Shown here in pieces: positions 23,221 through 35,940 of a DNA stretch of 64,000 nt (positions within the stretch are counted from its first letter, which is position 1; the number at the start of each line of letters is the position of its first letter). A program made the translations under genes and the position numbers. Below the pieces are notes generated by a model. It was given only the letters and a program-made list of their open reading frames with translations. It was not told the DNA's origin and made no database searches. Source of the DNA: Perkinsus chesapeaki ATCC PRA-425 (Eukaryota > Protista > Perkinsozoa); contig JAAPAO010000067.1 of the NCBI GenBank assembly GCA_013115145.1, forward strand, positions 1-64,000. The letters run 5' to 3'.

Positions 23221-23958
23221 ATGATGAAACTCTCATCCGTTATGATTGCTGCTCACATGGTCCCTGTCGTTATGGCTGACCCAGGCAGGTATGTCTACAC
23301 TGAGAAGAATGCAGAATATCGTCTCACCATTGATGTCTCCAAGGATATGACTGTTGCAATCGTCTTCGATACCCCAAACAAGCATGTAACTGGTGGACAC
23401 CTGCCGATCCGTCGGCAAGCTGGAGATACTTACGGCATCGACTTCAACGGTACAATGGAAGGTGTCCACTACTGGTACTCTGGAATACAGTCTGTTTATC
23501 CAGACATCGAGTTTCAAGATGGGGATTTGACGACTCTGACTTATGTCACTGGTGATAGTGTCTCTGTCACGTTTGGTGGCAAAAAGCTGGAACTGGTTAG
23601 GCAGGCCTTCAACTGGCAAGTTGGTGAGTTCGTATACACGGAGGATGACTTCCCGTCCCCTTTTCACCATATAAGCTACACCGTTCATGAAAACGGCCAG
23701 GTGGATATACATTTTTTATGTTTCGATGTCTTGTCGTCCACGGTGTCGTTCACTCTCGCTGATAGCAAGCGGCCTACGTACTATAAAACATACGATTTAG
23801 TACCCGCTGTCAATGTTGCGAAGCTGAAGGCTAATGTAAGGATGATCTGCTCGGGGGGTGCGTTCAACCCGAATGATCTCAACCAGGTTGTCTTTGCTGA
23901 TACGTCAACAATTTTTGTCGTTATCCACGGCACTCGTTATACATTAAACAGAGTATGA
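23221..23958 (+). CDS. Intronless secreted protein of unknown family with two ~110-aa beta-rich repeats (paralog A)
   Basis: Signal-peptide-like start MMKLSSVMIAAHMVPVVMA-DP. Clear paralog at 27465. Internal repeat GRYVYTE.../GEFVYTE.... Confidence 0.8.
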   Translation: MMKLSSVMIAAHMVPVVMADPGRYVYTEKNAEYRLTIDVSKDMTVAIVFDTPNKHVTGGHLPIRRQAGDTYGIDFNGTMEGVHYWYSGIQSVYPDIEFQDGDLTTLTYVTGDSVSVTFGGKKLELVRQAFNWQVGEFVYTEDDFPSPFHHISYTVHENGQVDIHFLCFDVLSSTVSFTLADSKRPTYYKTYDLVPAVNVAKLKANVRMICSGGAFNPNDLNQVVFADTSTIFVVIHGTRYTLNRV

Positions 23959-25474
23959 TTTCTATCATTTCGGTATGTCTCCAACTTGGCATCTGTTCCC
24001 GTTTAGAATTCTATAGATTTTGTTATCTCGCAGGGCATTCACCGCCTCCTGCTCCCTTGGTTAGCTAATACGACAGGTAGAGTTATCAGATTGCTGCCTG
24101 GTTAGCAAAGTCCCAACAGGGACCCTCGGTCAGATTTTTGACATCCAATGAAAATACAGTGCGATGATGAGCAATAATAGCTCAGCGATTGGTTTTACAA
24201 TTATACGCACTTAAATTGCTACTACCGTCGATGAACCGCCTGTTGCGTTCCTAGTAACCGAAGGATTCTATCAATGAAAGAACTTATGTGCTTCACGATC
24301 CGTACATTTCCAGGAGCCATACTTATCATTACAGCATCGAATTACTCATCTAAACTGTAGACGGTGCACCCAACGCTTGTTTATGTTGTTCGGTGTGATA
24401 CCGCGTGTTGCGTAACGCTTCTCAAGTCGAACCTAATGCCAGCGGAAGACTGCCACCGAAGCAATATCGTAATGATGATAAGTTTCTGACTCAGAGGACG
24501 CTTGTCGACAATAGGTCCCTGATACGACCTCTAGTTAACGCTTACTATGAACTGCTTTGGTCATGCCAGGGGTTTTGGAAATGACATCGTACCTAGTAGG
24601 CAGTTTGCTCTGTGCTCTGGGTAACAGTATCGACTTGGCCGTACATTGGAATAATGTGCCAGCGATGCTCCTTCCGGTCTTGGACGAACAACTAAGTACG
24701 CAGCGCGCTCCCCATTAATGAGGATCGTGAATCAGGTCACTCTAACTTCACCAGCGTCGAGGAGTATTTAAGAACAAACATAGTATCAGCTGAACGCCGG
24801 GTTTACACTGTACCACAAGCAAAGACATTCTTGGCAGCTCTACTGTAAAAGATAATTGCTGTTACTGATGTAACTTAGTTGAACAATCTACTCGCCGAAG
24901 TTGCTAACAAAGAGGATCCCTGACTAGTAGCGGTGTAACTAACCGTGCAGTCTCGCCTAGTCCACGTGACTGCAGTCGCTCTTTATGTGTTGTATGCTCG
25001 TTACATCATCCTTGTTTGGCCAGTTCTTGTGCTACACCGATACGTAGGCACTTTCGGGGTTACACTCAAGCGCACTCGGATGAAGCAGACGAACTATTAT
25101 TAGAACTATTACAAGGGCCGGCGGAAGAGATCCCGATTCTCGAAACCGGTAATTTAATGTGCCTTACGATGATTTATAACTGAGTCGCGCATACGAATTT
25201 TATGAAAAGTGTAAACAGGGGATAGTGAGTCACTACCCATAGGAAACTGGCTGTCTAAAATAGCTCGTACATATCAACTGCAAAGTTCACGCAGAACGCG
25301 TGTTAACGACAGATCGAATATGGTACATGCGCAAGTCAACCAGCAGTCTCTATTGCAGTCTGACAATTAATTGGCCATGCGATCAGCTGACTGTTAGTAA
25401 AAACATTTCCTATTACGAACTGTTTCATACCGTGACAGTGAAAGAGTAATGTTATTATTATGTCATCGTACCAG

Positions 25475-26291
25475 GTGCATGGACAGGAAAAGACGCCGCT
25501 GACTTTCACGTTCATGACAACAGCCTGGCTGCTGCAATTGCATCCGTTATGTTTAACGAGACAGACCCGCTTTATGTTGGTTGTGGTTCTGTCGTTGATA
25601 TGGGCTGTGGGCTGGGGCTCTACGCAAGAGACTTCGAGGTAAGGTGGACCCCGCAGCCCTCGATGCTCGCGTTATGTGCCGTTTCGTCTTACCTCACTTC
25701 AACATGTGTCCGTCACGACTGATTGTCTCCCTCTACAGAACGTGGCTAAGTCCTTTGGCAAGGATCCTCGAATAGTCTGTGTCGACGGCAACCCGCACAC
25801 GAAGACCCTATCAGACGGAAGATGTGAGAGTGTCGATCTTACTGATAGCACCGAAATGATGTATGCGAACACATCATGTGGTCACATGATTTGTTTTCAG
25901 GAAGCTAGGCCGTTTTGACTGTGTCATGTCCCTCGAAGTTGCCGAACATATAAAACGGCCTCTTGAAAGACGATATTTAAGGAACATCGTCGGTAGCATC
26001 ATCGACTCTCAATTGAAGTTTCTCCTTCAGGTATACGCGGCAGCCAAAACGTTATTTATTAGCTGGGCCAAACCTGGTCAAGGAGGTGTAGGCCACTTCA
26101 ATGAGCGATCACAAGCGCATGTCGAACATCTTTTAACAAATGGATTCAACTTCGTCCGTGACAGTGAAGTTGAAGATAAATTGAGAAGATCTGCTCTTAT
26201 GTTGCATTTTACTGATCCACGCTCTGGTGTCATGGTGTTCAATAGGCGTGCATGGGATAGTGACAAGCGTGTCATGATCGATCATCAGTAG
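25475..26291 (+). CDS. Class I SAM-dependent methyltransferase (spliced; 5' end not resolved)
   Basis: Exons give GAWTG..HVHDNSLAAAI..SVVDMGCGLGLY (motif I), IVCVDGNP..CESVDLT and RFDCVMSLEVAEHI..FISWAKPGQGGVGHFNE. Confidence 0.8.
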
Positions 26292-27464
26292 GGTGACTTC
26301 TGTTGTGTTCCCCAAACGCCTCTGTATACCACTGTGACGCGTGGGTTAGTCTAGGTCCGCTCAGTACGCTTTAGGGTTGGGATGCGAGAATATCGCTCTC
26401 ACGTCATATCAGCCTACTGCATCCTGCTGGACCCACGAACCATGACCATCCAAGTTGGGGTACGCCATCGCATGCTCGACTTGGGCAACACCGTCCGTAT
26501 GCGCCGAAAATCGAAACCACGAGTCGTAGGCTCTTGATTCCTCTGTCGGGTTGGTAAGAACAAGTTGACCTTCCACACCCGACTGTTTGACTGCGGTAGA
26601 AGCTAAACGTTGCCTCTCGTGGGACACCTGGTTTCCTTCTCATTCCTCAGAACCAATTAGTTTGCCGGGCGAACCACATTCAGGAGGACATCTGTGATGT
26701 TTGATATTATACTTGGACTTCCACTCGCACTTCAACAAGTAGAAAGGAAGTAGAAACATGTTGATCTCCAGAGCGGCGCACGGCGTCACGGCGCTGCTGT
26801 TCAAACCACACCGCTGACTACTAGAGGTGAACATCGCTGCTGGTCAGAGAAGACGATACATCTATCGTAAACAATGTTCAGGCCAAGACTTATAACTGGA
26901 TGACAAGGGAGGCTATCGGTATTGGAATGCCAATCGCGTGTCCCACGACTGCTCCTCGGCCTCCTTCGATGTCCCGAACACCGTGTCCCATCTTAATGTA
27001 GCCTTAAAAGCACTCTGCTAAGCCTGTAAGCCTAATACGAGATGTTCGCTCTCTCCAGAACACAGCTGGTACATAAGCCCGCTTTGATTTCCGCACTTTT
27101 TCGGTGCGTGAGGTGCATCTCTGTGAGTAAGTTGTTTAAACATAACTCCATTTGATGGAGTCCGTCACTCGGATTTCTACCATGTCACTGCCTGGTGACT
27201 TGCTAGTAAGTCGGTACCTTTATCAACCCAGTAGCATTACAATTACCGACTTAGACTGACTGTCACCCTGCCTTCAGAGATGCCAATTGCACTCTACGTG
27301 TTTCCAGGAATTGCACGCCCTGGGCAGAGCAAGAGAATCATGGGGGAGTAATGTCTCTGAAAGGTCCAGGAGCCTAGGAAGTGCATAGGAAACAGCGCAT
27401 GCGTACTCGGCGGCTTAATAAATACAGTTTGTTAAACGACATTTTTCGATTCTTCTCCCCAACA

Positions 27465-28214
27465 ATGAGATTCTCATTCGTTACGATCGCTGCTTACATG
27501 ATGGGCATTGCTATGGCGCACTCACCCGGCAAGTATGTCTACACTGAGAAGAACGGAGAGTATCGCCTCTCCATTGACGTCTTCAAGGATAGGACTGTTG
27601 CAATCGTCTTCGATACCCCAACTACGTATCCAACCAAGTATTTCGTCGATGGTCACTACCCGATCTATTGGCAAGCTGGATATACTTACGGCATCGACTT
27701 CGTGGGTACAATGGAAGGTGTCCACTACTGGTACTCTGGAATACAGTCTGTCTACCCAGACATCGAGCTTCAAGATGGGGATTTGACGACTCTGACTTAT
27801 ATCTCTGGTGATCGCGTGTCTGTCATGTTTGGCGGCAAAAAGCTGGAACTGGTTAGGCAGGCCTTCAACTTGCAAGTTGGTGAGTTCGTATACACGGAGG
27901 ATGACTTCCCGTCCCCTTTTCACCATATAAGCTACACCGTTCATGAAAACGGCCAGGTGGATATACAGTTTTTATGTTCTGATGTCTTGTCGCCCTTACA
28001 AACATTCACTCTAGCTGAAACTAAGACCCCTGTGCTATATACGACCTACGATCTGGTTCCCACTGTTAATCTCGCCCAGCTAAGGTCAGGTGTTGAATTG
28101 GCCTGTTCGGGAGTTTCTTTGGGGCCGAATGATCTTACCAACGTTGTCTTCGCCGATCCGTCAACTATTTTCGTCGTCATCCTAAGCCGTCGTTATCGCT
28201 TGAATAAATTGTGA
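27465..28214 (+). CDS. Intronless secreted protein of unknown family (paralog B of 23221)
   Basis: Signal peptide MRFSFVTIAAYMMGIAMA-HS. Colinear with and highly similar to paralog A. Confidence 0.8.
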   Translation: MRFSFVTIAAYMMGIAMAHSPGKYVYTEKNGEYRLSIDVFKDRTVAIVFDTPTTYPTKYFVDGHYPIYWQAGYTYGIDFVGTMEGVHYWYSGIQSVYPDIELQDGDLTTLTYISGDRVSVMFGGKKLELVRQAFNLQVGEFVYTEDDFPSPFHHISYTVHENGQVDIQFLCSDVLSPLQTFTLAETKTPVLYTTYDLVPTVNLAQLRSGVELACSGVSLGPNDLTNVVFADPSTIFVVILSRRYRLNKL

Positions 28215-29439
28215 TCTTCACTTCCTAGGTAAGCACATTTCAAGCTCTGCTATACCCTTACCTCACTAGTAGTGGGGTAGTGTGTCACTAGCTGTTCATC
28301 AAATACCAACGAGCTTGGCTCTAACAGTGACTGCTAAAACTTAGGTCTGGATGTAAATTTTCACATCATTCTGGTCATCCTTATGTTTTCACTGAGCCTC
28401 AGACGCTCATGCATGGGAGAGCTCTGTCCACTTCGTAGAGAACAGATGCTCTTACGCTGCGCCACATGATGTGCATGCTGTATTTGGGCTGCTTGTGCGC
28501 CCTTGGCATGTCGTGTGTCACAATGTCGGTGCCCCCCCTTTGTCAGTCTTCTGACTACGAATGCTGCTCGATTATTCTTTGTAGCACGAGCGAGAATTGC
28601 TCAGCAACTAGACCAATCGGATCGGTCCTACAGTTGTACGTACGTACATGATTATTATCGTCGAAAAGCAAGCGTTGGGTTCTTAATACTCGAATGTCTA
28701 ACCGAGCTCTATAAGTGATTAAATAGAGGGTGATGCTCTGCTAATCATATCGATTAAGGCTCTCGTGGAGCTCCAGTAATTCCGGTAGATCGGAAATCGA
28801 TTGCCCAATAATGAGCATGGACCGTGCTGCACGGTAGGAGAAATTACTAACACGACTTCATTGATCACTTATGAACGATCTGTTATACTCCCCTTTTGGA
28901 CATCCTAATAATATGCGATCCTAATACAGAATAGAGTTGAACTCTAGCAAGGGTTCCTCACCGTCTACTTACCCATCTTTAACTCAAAGCTACCTGCATT
29001 CCACATACCACCGAGTTGAGAATTGCCACACTGCTCCCAAGTTTGAGGTCACCTAGCGGTTGGGTTCAAGGCTGCTTATTTTTCCTTTTTTTGCTCTAGC
29101 AGATTATCTCCAGTCAACTATCGGCTGGATGTGCCAATATATACCTTCCTATGGTCAACTATCGGTTAAAGCCGTAGGAAATCTCTAATTGTTGCGATAC
29201 CAACTCTCAAGGATGGATTCGCATAGTGTCAAGCCACAGTCACCACGTTGGTGACACTAACAGATGAAGAGATACTCAGTTACAAAACAGTGTTGGCGCC
29301 GCCATTACAACGTCCTTGGTGGATCCGCGACTTTTTCGTTATGTTATTTCTGACTGCTCATTCGTGAATAACTCAATAAACTCAACAACTTAATAAACTA
29401 GAAAACCGCAGTAAGCTGTTAATCGTTCACCATCCACTC

Positions 29440-31267
29440 CTACAGTTCCTCGGCCCCCCGAGAATCCTAAAACGAAACATCAAGTCAAGCTTCCTCCGAT
29501 ATTAAAATAACCTCATCTTCACTCATTGCCTCATGCTCTTCAATGCCCTTCCTTAAAGCTTCGACATCCTCCGCCGAACATGACCCCGGATGAGTCACCT
29601 CAGCCTCGTACCTTCAAAACATACCACAACCGAGTAACCGTCAACTGCCTACTTGCAACGAGAAGGCTCCTTCACTGATATCAGTTGTAATGTAGCACCA
29701 CAACTCATCCTCACTTTAATCTCTCTGGCCGGCCCACCCGGGCACCAATCACCACCGGTAAACCTAATATCAACTGCGCATCTCATCCCTGCTCCTCGAT
29801 AATCAACCCACATGTGAGCGGAGTAATCTGGAGTGCTGTCCGGATTTGCCATGTCCTTATAATATCCCGAAAACTCTCCAAGTTTCATATCCGAGAACGC
29901 CCTGCCTTCCTCCTGATCGACCAATCACCACCTACTCGCACTGTGGCCTCTACCTTCTGAGTGACTTTCCCAAAGAAGCATATCTTATAATTATAATGCT
30001 CGAAGTCAGCATCAACACATTGGTTGGCGAGGCTGAAGTACCTGTTACCAAATCTTAACAGATGAAGCGAACAACGAACACGCCACTACGCGTAATCAGG
30101 CCCGAAATCGGTGTCCAAATTTTTCTTGTGTTGATCAACTCTCCGTTGTATCTCATCGGCCTCCTGACGTAGCTTGTCGGCCCTGACCAGCGCCCCTCCA
30201 TCCCACCAAAAAAAGCTATTAACACTTTTCCCGCGCAATTTGGAGAGGCGTTTGCTCCTCCTTAACCTCCTCGGTAGTATTCTCCTTCTTATCAACCCCC
30301 TCGTGCTCCATCCACTGGGCGTATTCACTCTCATCATCCTCCTACACAAAGACTGCCCCCTGGCCCAACACAACCAGCCCAACCTTCTCTTCTTCATCAC
30401 TTTGCTCGGTCGGTTCATCTTCGGGTGACTTGGCAGCTTCCTTCTTTTCATGCTCTTCATGCTCTAGCCGTCCCAGTTCAACTTGAGCTGCGTTCCTGGC
30501 TGCCTCCAAATCCTAACCTCATCACGTCACCCTCAGCAAACCGCCCGCAACCCACTGGCAGTCTGGCCTGTAGCTCCTCGAGCTCCTTCTTCCATGCAGC
30601 TAGTTTCTCATCAGTGTGCAGCCGCTCCTCCTCCTTCTGCCTAAGCCCAGCCTCGATGCGCTGTAAATCCCTCTACATCAGAAACCGCTGTCCACCCGGC
30701 CAGAAGCGCACGTACTTCTCTCTGTTCTCGAATCTTTAAGCCCTCAGCTTGGCAAGAGTTTTCGCACCCACCGGCTTGCCATTCATCCGACCCATCACAG
30801 CAGTCGCAGACACCATCACCGACGTGTGAGGCCCAAATAAGCTTGGACACTGATCCTCTGTTTTGACAGTAAAATCTGGGTTAAGCAGCTAAAAGGGCGA
30901 CAGTGGAAAAACTCACTGTGCATCGGCGAAATGGGAACAAGCTGCTGTACCTGGCTCATCGGTGCCATTGCTACCTGCAACGAAGGGTTCCCAATCAACC
31001 TTGGAAGAATCTTCATCCTACAGTCGCAGTAGTCATCGTTGAGACTGGAATACGGGATCAATTCTGGATCACTCCCCGCCAGAGGGTCACATTTAAAGTA
31101 TTGCTTGCCGTCAGCTGACAACACGGGCTCGTAGCGCCTGAGAAATCGGTATAGTCCTGGCAGCCTTGGCATGCTGCGAACTTTTGTAGCTTTGGGTTGA
31201 TACCGGAGACCTTGCCTGCTGCAAAGGTACTCAAGAAGAACAATAATAAAAAGGTAAGTGTTACCAT
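29440..31267 (-). CDS. PRKCSH: Glucosidase II beta subunit (PRKCSH-like), spliced
   Basis: Signal peptide MVTLTFLLLFFLSTFAAG. LDLa-like motifs IPYSSLNDDYCDC and ASHVGDGVCDCCDGSDEW. Acidic coiled region, then the MRH domain GGDWCPGGPAREIKVRMSCG..VKEPSRCKYEA. Predicted C-terminus ...SRGAEEL* resembles an ER-retrieval signal. Confidence 0.9.
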
Positions 31268-31684
31268 GAGAAAAAAAACTAATAGGTTTGATAGGGACAA
31301 AAACACTCATGTGGCGATTGATATAATAACGGTTGCGGAATGCGATTACGATCAAGTCATGTTCAATTTATCGAATTTGGGATCGTTCAATAAACCGATT
31401 TTGAAATTCAGAATCGATTCCAGAACTGCTTTTAACACGTAAAATGCGATGCTGGAATCGATTCTTGGGTTTGACCGAGTAAATCTATCTCGGTAAAAAG
31501 CGCGCGCCCGAAAAATCGCTTGTACAGGAATTGAAGAAGGGGGTTCAACCACCGTGGTTGACTACCACTGGTCGTAGATAGGTGTAAAGGCGTATGGTGT
31601 GATGGTGTAGGAGGGGATCCTGAAGAATCATAGGAAAAAGAAACTTTCTTATACCCGTCTAAGATTCATGAATAGTAGTATAAA

Positions 31685-34600
31685 TTACACTGTATAATCA
31701 TCATCATCCAGATAATATTGTTCAGTAATAGAACGGAGTTTATCGACAGAGTCTTTCCGTGACTCTCTCGAGTTATGGACCTCACGTTCGATAACTGTCT
31801 CTAGAACCCGTCTGTAAGAACTGATGATAGGGTTAACAGCCGCTCCCACCCTGTTAACCAAGTCGTGGGCATTGGTTGTATGAACCAACTGTAAGAGGCC
31901 CAGTAGATTCTGTGTAGATTCTGATAACGGGTAGAAGTAGGCGGGTAAGAACATATTTTTATATAGTACAGAAATGATGCACACATACACCAAGTAAAGT
32001 GGGGCATACTAACGATGCCAGCTCAGCTGACTCAGCTGTCAGTTATAGTAATGAGTCCCTCTTTAATGAACTCGACCGATCTCGACAAGGTAACAGTAAA
32101 CGCATGTTACATGCCACCACCCATACGCAAGCCGAAGACCGTCACAGCAGACTGCGTGTGAGCTTAAAGCGTCGCAAACACAAATAGCGTATCATTATCA
32201 TCATCATCACCGCCTCTTGTGTGATATGAAATCCTCGACCATTCTTCTTACATCATTCTCGAGTGCCTACAATGATACTTCTTGGCAGAAGGGCGAGTAG
32301 AACATATCGGATGCCTGTCGGGGTTCGTGGATTCCACGAGACCGTCCAGAAGTCTGGCTGCACAAACTAAGCAGAAATATATCCTTTACTGCGGAGCCAC
32401 AACAAGAAGCATAATACAAAGTGTACATCTGGAGCAAAAAGAAACGCACCCGACTGCATTCCCTATATAATAATTCTCAACTCGCCAAGCTATTGTTCTT
32501 AAATAGATGATGCGAACGTCATGCTGTCTCACAATGATAGAGTCCCCTGACGACTCTGATGAGGTCACAAGACTGTCTGTAGAGATCTGTTCCATCTCTT
32601 CAGCGAAGACCCGATGATGAGTTGAGATTTCGGGGTTAAATGTGCCTGACCAAACCGAGTAATCGGAAGGACATAACGAAAAAAAGAATATTCAACAAAG
32701 AGCAGGCTTCACTAAATGTTTCGAGCCGAGGTGGTCTTATGAGCTCACATTCCAACATTTCTTCCTCTACACGTGCCTTCCTCGCTGTAGCGTACATCGC
32801 ATCTCTTCTCATCTTACTCAGTATACCCCTACCAGTAGAGCTTCAATGCTAACTTTAACATAAATCCCGACCTCTCGTATAGTCTTTCGTGTACGCTCTT
32901 CCGGGACTGAGGCTCAACTTGAGCGCGACTCCGCAGCTTCTCTCCCTACATGAAAAGTAAGTCACCTAATGCAGCTTAGAATCCTTACGTTAAGGCCTGT
33001 GACAGCTCTGATGCTTGGCTGGAATGTGCATTCGGACATCTCGATCATTCTGGCAACATATTCCCCATTATCATTTCTTCTCGTACGTCTCACCGATGCA
33101 GATCCGACTTAGCTTTCGTACGCCTCTTCCTGGATTCCAGGACTCTTTCAGTGCGGGACAGGAATTGCTCTATTCTGTCCGAGGCGTCCTCGGGAGCTTT
33201 AGTTGTACGAGCCTTCGGACTCTCTTCGAGCTCCAATCTGAAGCGGATAGATGGCTCCAATTTTACGACTTGAAAAAATAGCCACAAGCATTCCACATTA
33301 TTCACACCGAACGGGCATGCACGCGTGCGTTCGCAAAAGCTTCCGAGTAAGCGCTCATAGTTGCCGTGACTCCGGCGTGGGAGAGAGAATAGATCATTCA
33401 GACTAATTCAGATCGGAGAGATAATTGACCCCTCCAAGCTTGAGGATGGCAACAAGGAGTCGTCTGGCCTCAGAAATTGAAGATCGAAAAGTGTTACTGG
33501 TACTGAGATACAAAGGAACTATGAGAATATGTTTCTGAGCCAATAAGATGCACTCCCCCCGAGGGGCATTCGATGTTCCTCTATGGCAGCCTCACATGTG
33601 GCGGAAGACTCTCGGTGTGGTCACTGGCATCCTCCTTGTTTTCCCTTTCCTCGCCAAAGTTATCGATTTCGGGCACATCTTTCTAAGTCCTGCTAAAGCC
33701 TTGGCCTCCATCTCCTGTAAAGCTTCCGAATTTTCTTGCTTCTTTCTGCGAATATCTGCCTCCTTGTACCTAGTCGAACTCCTCTAGCTCCGCTAGAGTC
33801 ATCTCGATGATCATCCCTAATATGACTCCAACCGGGCTACATGGGCCATCACTTGGGCCGGGTCCTGCACAGAACCTTACAAACTTTCAAGCCGTTTCGT
33901 TGCTCTCCTATAAGCCGCGATATCTTCATTTTTCCCCTTTCTCCTATTCGGCTGCTCTCTCTGCAGCATTTGCTTCACCACAGCATCACGGTATCTAGCG
34001 ATAGGGGTAGTCATCCGACTATCTTTGAAGGGAGCCTCGAGCCGCTCGTCACTGGAGGCTATCCACACTCACAGCCTTCTGCTAGCTATTGCTGCGTTCC
34101 CCATACAATCTCCTTCCATTCGCACAATAGCGGGAGAGAACCCCCAACTGAGAAGGGAAGTCAGCGACGCACAATTAGTTTCTTGGTAGCCGGCCGAGTC
34201 TACCATCAGCCGGAAAGACGCCGAAGACGTTGGCAACGAGCCGCTTCTAGAGCTGTCGAGAACCGCTTGATTGGTCGCAATTATAGGTCAGGTGTTGCCG
34301 AGTATCAGTAGCAACGAAGGCTTGCTACTTGTCATAGAGACGCTGTCCGTCATTTTTCCTTCTTGCATGTTTTTCGGCTTGCTCCTTCCACCCACGGATC
34401 TGAAGAATGCCTGGTGTCGGTGAGGCTTACGGGAGCCGCTGTGAGCTATACTTTACACTGGGTAGTCGATATGTGATTGCGGAAACTCCCGAATACGATT
34501 ATATTTGTGACCCGGTGGTGCTCACTGGATCAACATAGACTAGCCCTCCCTGATCGAGTATCTCCCTGCTCTTCTTCATGCCAGGCCGATCGATTGGATG

Positions 34601-35892
34601 AAAAACCTAAAGTCCATTTCATCTCAAACAGCACTTGTCAACTCGCCCCGTGCCCACGCGGCACCCGAGTTCAGAACATCCATGTGTGCGAAACATCACG
34701 TCCGGAAAGATAGACAGGCAGGTAACCATCAGATTCGAGTCGGACTATGATTAAATGGTCCTGCTTACGCATTCAGCCATAGTCTGCATTTCAACCGCTG
34801 TCTTCTTTTCTGCGATGGCGGCATCACCTGGGAACGCATAGGCTATGCCAAGCAAGTCTCATACGGCTCATCTGCCACCCTTTGCCGAAATCAGCCTCTA
34901 GTGGTGATAGCCGTGGTGAAGGGTCTTCTCGTGACCATTGTCTCGGTGTTTTCTTACCAAGGCTATGATAGGGAAACTGAGCCAAGTAGCTGAGCACGCT
35001 TGGGGAACTGAGCAGTAGTTGAGAAGGCTGGATCCAGCTTTACCGTTTCGCTCCCTGTAGGACTGCCTTGGTCATTACGAATAAGCCGACGAGGCGGGGT
35101 CCTCTTAGGGCGCGGAGAAGGAATCGACATGAAGTTGATACTCTATCACGCATTCCTCATGCCAGCCACGTCGAAATTATCTTCAAATCGCGCCCCGCAG
35201 GCCGTGAGCCCCAATGTGAGCGCTGAGTTGAAACAGTGACTAACGTCCATTGTGGCTCCATCGGGCTCATCTCTCAATTTCTCGTCCAATGATAAGAGAG
35301 CCCCGGACACCGCCATGAGACCCTGTTTCAAAGCGAGGTCTCCTCGAGAGATACCGTGTCATTGGCAATTTGCCATTCAGTTATTTAGCAATGCGATACC
35401 CTGCGCTCGTCTCATCAACACGTCTATTTACGCGATTTTGCTTTCGCGGGTCCCGAATCCGAGGGATCAACTTCCGAGTAACCTTCTATTCAATTGCTAG
35501 GCTAACTTTTACGAGTGGCGAGTATTAAGCATATTTGGCAGTTTCCGAAGAGATGCTCGCGAGCTCGTCACCAGCAACCTTTACTCTCAGTAATCGCTGG
35601 AGGGCTAGCTCTCGCCGCCTAGCCGGCTGGCTCTATGCCCCTCTACAAGTGGCTGTCCCTGAGCCTCTGACCAATAGTTCGCGGAGTTCTCGCTTACACT
35701 GTTGTAACAACACAAAGCAGATTCATTACTTGATAAAAAACTACGCGATTAAGAAATGAAACTGTTTCGGACAAATCACATTTAACTAGAACCACGTATA
35801 AAAACTCATAGTCGATCACGTCCGCCACGCACGTTGCCTTACAACTTGGCTCTTGAAAATGATGTAGACGTGGTAGGTATAGACATCGGCAT
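31685..35892 (-). CDS. Hypothetical multi-exon, charged/coiled-coil protein (model not resolved)
   Basis: A series of minus-strand open segments bounded by GT/AG, e.g. MPMSIPTTSTSFSRAK, MKQGLMAVSGALLSLDEKLRDE, LELEESPKARTTKAPEDASDRIEQFL and ...EREVHNSRESRKDSVDKLR. No recognisable domain; could be more than one gene. Confidence 0.4.
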
Positions 35893-35940
35893 TGATGGAC
35901 TAAAATTCAGAAAAATTCTCAAGTGCAATTCTTGCGCGCC

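Noticed and set aside
25475-26291. Methyltransferase as MenG/UbiE
   Set aside because: It lacks UbiE-type motifs; the SLEVAEH/PGQGG signature belongs to a different group.
23233-27944. Paired minus-strand ORFs 23233..23712 and 27522..27944 that resemble each other
   Set aside because: Antisense shadows of the two paralogous secreted genes; their similarity is inherited from the sense strand.
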